Below are positions 60,502-64,000 of a DNA stretch of 64,000 bases, in pieces. The stretch is taken from the IMG/VR virus record IMGVR_UViG_3300029928_000001, positions 96,001 through 160,000 of that record. The stretch is one strand, 5' to 3'. Under the pieces are notes generated by a model, which did no database searches, was not told the origin of the DNA, and saw only the letters and a list, made by a program, of their open reading frames with translations. Numbering within the stretch: position 1 is the stretch's first letter; the number at the start of each line of letters is the position of its first letter. A program made the position numbers and the translations under genes. This stretch comes from a virus (taxonomy: Duplodnaviria > Caudoviricetes).

Positions 60502-61050
60502 TTAAAATATAAACTCATCTCTTTCAGCGACCGGTAGAGTTTTTGCGGCGTCAGCCGTAAAAACTCCCTTTCCGACGTTTTTTACGTCAGTAAAAAACCC
60601 GGAAAACGTAACATTATCATTGGGGTTTTTCCGGTTATTACGTGTTATATCTTCAACCTTTTTTACGGGTTCTTGCTTTTTCTTACGGAAATACTTTTCT
60701 AAAGAACTAACTGAACAACCTATTTGCGCAGCTATGTCTTTATAAGTATAACCCTGCGCGCGCAACTCATCAGCTTTATTATAATCAATAGTAGAAGGTC
60801 TTCCTCCCTTCGACCCATTCTCTCGCGCAGCTACATATCTATCTTTAGCACTACTTATAGAAGTAATGGTTTGTTCTAATCCATAAGCCCATACAATATC
60901 ATCCTCTTCTGGAATAATACCATATAGACCATAATTACAAACTGCCTCTAAAAACATATCCGCAGCTTCTAAACTAACTAATTTCTTTAATCTTAAATAA
61001 TTCTTAAAAGTGCTTTCATAAAATACAAAACTTTCAGTATTTAATGCCAT
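60502..61050 (-). CDS. Putative replication initiator-like protein (DUF6291-like N-terminus plus HTH), 182 aa
   Basis: SFVFY...YGLYG...ENGSKGGRP, then TYKDIAAQIGCSVSSL. Confidence 0.65.
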   Translation of the reverse strand: MALNTESFVFYESTFKNYLRLKKLVSLEAADMFLEAVCNYGLYGIIPEEDDIVWAYGLEQTITSISSAKDRYVAARENGSKGGRPSTIDYNKADELRAQGYTYKDIAAQIGCSVSSLEKYFRKKKQEPVKKVEDITRNNRKNPNDNVTFSGFFTDVKNVGKGVFTADAAKTLPVAERDEFIF

Positions 61051-61051
61051 A

Positions 61052-61225
61052 TCATTTACCTCCTGACACTAAATCTAAAAAACATTTTTGTATTTCATCA
61101 CTCCATTCATAAACCCAACAAGTAAACTCCGGCTTTTTAGGATTAGGCAGTTGCGCAACTGGCTTAAACCCTCTCTACTACAAGCCTAAATTAATTTTTA
61201 ACGAATAAATTATTTTGTTTGTCAT
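61052..61225 (-). CDS. Small hypothetical protein, 57 aa (tandem TAG-TAG)
   Basis: GAGGAGG RBS; MTNKIIYSLKINLGL(QQ)RGFKP...WVYE. Confidence 0.65.
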
Positions 61226-61351
61226 TTGATATTTGTCCTCCTCATACCGTAAAAAACCATAATATAGTTTTTACGACTTAATATTATTAACCCGTAATTA
61301 TTAAATTTTACGGGTTTTTTCTTACGATAAAGTATTTTATACTCTATTCTT

Positions 61352-61380
61352 ATTATAACAAAAATTTTACGATTTTGCAA
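61352..61380 (-). promoter_or_regulatory. sigmaA-type promoter
   Basis: TTGCAA-N17-TATAAT with extended TG. Confidence 0.6.
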
Positions 61381-61478
61381 ATTCATCGTGAAATCTGTCG
61401 CCACTCGTTCTTTATTACGACTATGTTGTAACAATCCCCCTTTATTTTTTCTTCCGTAGGATGAAAAAATAAAAAAAT

Positions 61479-61497
61479 AGGGAGCTTTCGCTCCCTA
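61479..61497 (-). terminator. Intrinsic terminator
   Basis: TAGGGAGC-GAAA-GCTCCCTA plus T-run. Confidence 0.75.
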
Positions 61498-61501
61498 AAA
61501 A

Positions 61502-62600
61502 TTAACTCATTCTACTTCTTATTTCATATACTCCACAAAATTTATAACCCAAACTCGAAAAATCTAATTTACCGGTTACTATATTCTAAACTTTATTAGA
61601 ATCAGTAGACAAAAAAGTATTAATATTATTATTAGTCACCTTATAAGTATCACCATTTAATAAAGTTACTATCATATATACATTTCCAGAAATAACCTAA
61701 TATAACTAGACCTAAACAATTGTTAATTCGTCATATATTACCTTTGTAGGTTCTATTAACGATATTGTGACATTAAAACATTCCTAATATGGAAAAACAA
61801 TAGTATTTACATCCAAAGGAAATTGCACCATATCTGTCGGTAAAGTATAATAATTGTCTCCTTCTAATTCAATATAATCTAAATCATATGCACTAAAAAA
61901 TTCTACATCTTGTTCTTTAAGAGCTTGAATAGCTGCTGAAGAAAAATTTAATTTTTTCTTTTTATATCCTAAGTTTTTATTGAATAAAATGCTTATTCCA
62001 TTAAACATATGACTAAAAGCAAATATGTTACTATTATCAATTTCAGCTTTAATTTGCGGTAATGACTAAAGATTCCACTATCCAGTAAATAATCCGGAAT
62101 ATACCTTTGTATTATTTACATTTTTAGATGGTAAAATTAATTCACTTAAATCGACAATATGTGAAAGATTTGTTAGAGATGCTGAAAACAATTCAGCAAA
62201 ACAATAATCAGGAGGCTCAAAACTTTCATCATAAGTATAATGAACTAATGCATTTAAATTACCAGAAATTTTTATATCTAAACCAACAGCATTATATCCT
62301 TGAAGTGAGGCAACACGTACGCGTAAACAACTAGGACCTTCATTAGAAGAATATAAAGTAGTACCATCTACTCCTCGAATATACACATAAGAAGATTCAT
62401 TTAAAGATATAGCATCACTATCATTAATAAAAAGATCTGTCCATTTAATCGTATCTAAACTATACTGCCATTTTCCATCTCCACAAAATCTTCCTTCAAT
62501 CACTAAAGGTAATCCATCAATACTTTCAAACTTTACCCATTGCGGCAAAGCCTGCATGCCCCCCCCCCTCAGTTTGCACACACGTATTTAAATAAGCCAT
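61502..62600 (-). pseudogene. Putative tail-fibre/adhesin gene, frameshifted at a G10 tract (365 aa if G9)
   Basis: ATG 62600 (MAYLN..) is out of frame by one base at 62559..62568; downstream frame is open through TAGs to TAA 61502; BspA/LRR-like YCFAELF..LILPS. Confidence 0.6.
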
Positions 62601-62662
62601 ATATTGTTCACTTCGTTTACAACACTTCTTCTGGTTGTAAACTACTCTCCTTTCTAAAAAAA

Positions 62663-63799
62663 TTACAAATACATCAATCTACACCCAAGAAACGCATGAG
62701 CATTAGACGCATCATAATTCACATAACAACAGAACAAGCCCGCACTATCACCGCCAGCCCAATTACCGCCCACACTAGCAAAACAACTCGCATTAACACG
62801 ACCAGAATCAGGCCAGTAAGTAGTTGATGAACCACCAGTTTGCTTTCCAACAAAGCCTCCACCATTTGTGCCTTGGAGTTGTTTCATGTATCCACTCATA
62901 TTTGAAGACAAACCAGAAGAGGTTGAGAAATCATAATCTAATGCTGTTGTCCCAGTTGTAAAGTTTGATGTTTTAGTTAACAAATTATAACTGCTGTCAC
63001 AATATAATCCACCTAACCACTGGAGTAAATTACCCCATGCATCCTCAAGACCAAATAATTTAACTCTGTCTGTACCACTTGAAGTATTACCATAGCACAT
63101 ACCTTTTTTATTTGTTGCACCCGTATTCTATTTTGCTGAACCACTTACATAACCTTTACCCAATGCAGCCTGTGAATTAAGATTACCATATTTAAGCAGA
63201 TATAAACATTGGATATAAGCCCATTGATAAAAGCCCATAATATCATAGCCTGAACCTCTCTTTTGTGCCGCAGCTATTGCATCTGTTAAACTTATATTCG
63301 TCAATGGCGCAGCATTAGAAATAGATTGCATTTTATTATTAACTTCATCACTTGCTAAATAAGCTCCAAGATATAAGTAATCCTGTACAACGCCATTCTT
63401 TGTAAATGCTCTATATTGAAATTTAGAATTATTTGGTTCATTTGTAATTGAAACAGTAATAACACTACCACTTGTTGTAATATTAACTCCCATCCTAGGA
63501 AATTCTATCATAACATCATACCTATCATCACCAGCATCTTCAATATCATTAGTAGTATTATCTCCATCTTCGTTTTCTGTAAAATCGTTTGGTCTCAAAT
63601 ATGTTTTTATCGTACCCTCACACATAATACAAGGTTTATATCCAAATATTTCATCCCATTTATCACTGCCCTTAGTCATACCAACCGCATCATCAGCATA
63701 TGTACAACAAGTGAGCGGATTTGAATTTGACTAATCTATTTTAAGTGTCCAAATTTTGTATTTACTTTTTGATTTTATTTTCTATTTAAAATAAGCCAA
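62663..63799 (-). CDS. Tail fibre/receptor-binding protein with C-terminal C-type-lectin-like domain, 378 aa
   Basis: TTG start; track ORFs 63128..63679 and 62663..63100 joined through TAG; GLEDAWGN and GGNW...AG...GCRL motifs. Confidence 0.75.
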
Positions 63800-63802
63800 T
63801 CC

Positions 63803-64000
63803 TTATTCATACCTCCCTCGTAAAATAACTATACCCGAGCCGCCATTGCCTGCAACGTAAGCATGTGAATAGTTTCTATTAACAAAACCTCCACCGCCAC
63901 CGCCTCCTGTATTAGCAGCTGCATGTATTGTCACATTAGATGAATACCCTCCTTGCGCGCCTCCTCCAGCACCACCGGATCCACCGTAACATTCAACATC
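63803..64000 (-). CDS. Glycine-rich tail protein, C-terminal fragment
   Basis: ..ANTGGGGGGG...AGNGGSGIVILR, TAA 63803. Confidence 0.7.
   Translation of the reverse strand, partial: DVECYGGSGGAGGGAQGGYSSNVTIHAAANTGGGGGGGFVNRNYSHAYVAGNGGSGIVILRGRYE

Overview
This window is about 64 kb of an AT-rich, tailed (siphovirus-like) phage genome; a Bacillota/Clostridia host is inferred from sigmaA-type promoters and AGGAGG ribosome-binding sites. The supplied code-11 ORF track is fragmented because the minus-strand genes read TAG as a sense codon (probably Gln, code 15). Reading through TAG joins the fragments, in frame, into a complete morphogenesis module from 47437 leftwards: regulator, terminase small and large subunits, portal, protease-scaffold, capsid, neck, major tail, a 2730-aa tape measure and tail/fibre proteins. 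The terminase large subunit is split by four group I introns and a neck gene by a fifth; four of the five introns carry homing endonucleases, and the deduced U/G splice junctions restore the reading frame and conserved motifs. A phage-encoded RF2 (SPF and GGQ motifs, no frameshift site) is transcribed divergently from this operon. It is followed by a ~9 kb plus-strand early region in which TAG still acts as a stop codon. That region has about 20 small genes behind 19 near-consensus sigmaA promoters, punctuated by GC-rich hairpin islands carrying sigma54-type boxes and antisense promoters, and it includes an armless tRNA-like element. The right end holds HTH, GIY-YIG and replication-initiator-like genes and tail-fibre genes, one of which is frameshifted at a G10 tract. 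All product calls come from motifs and gene order; no database search was run.
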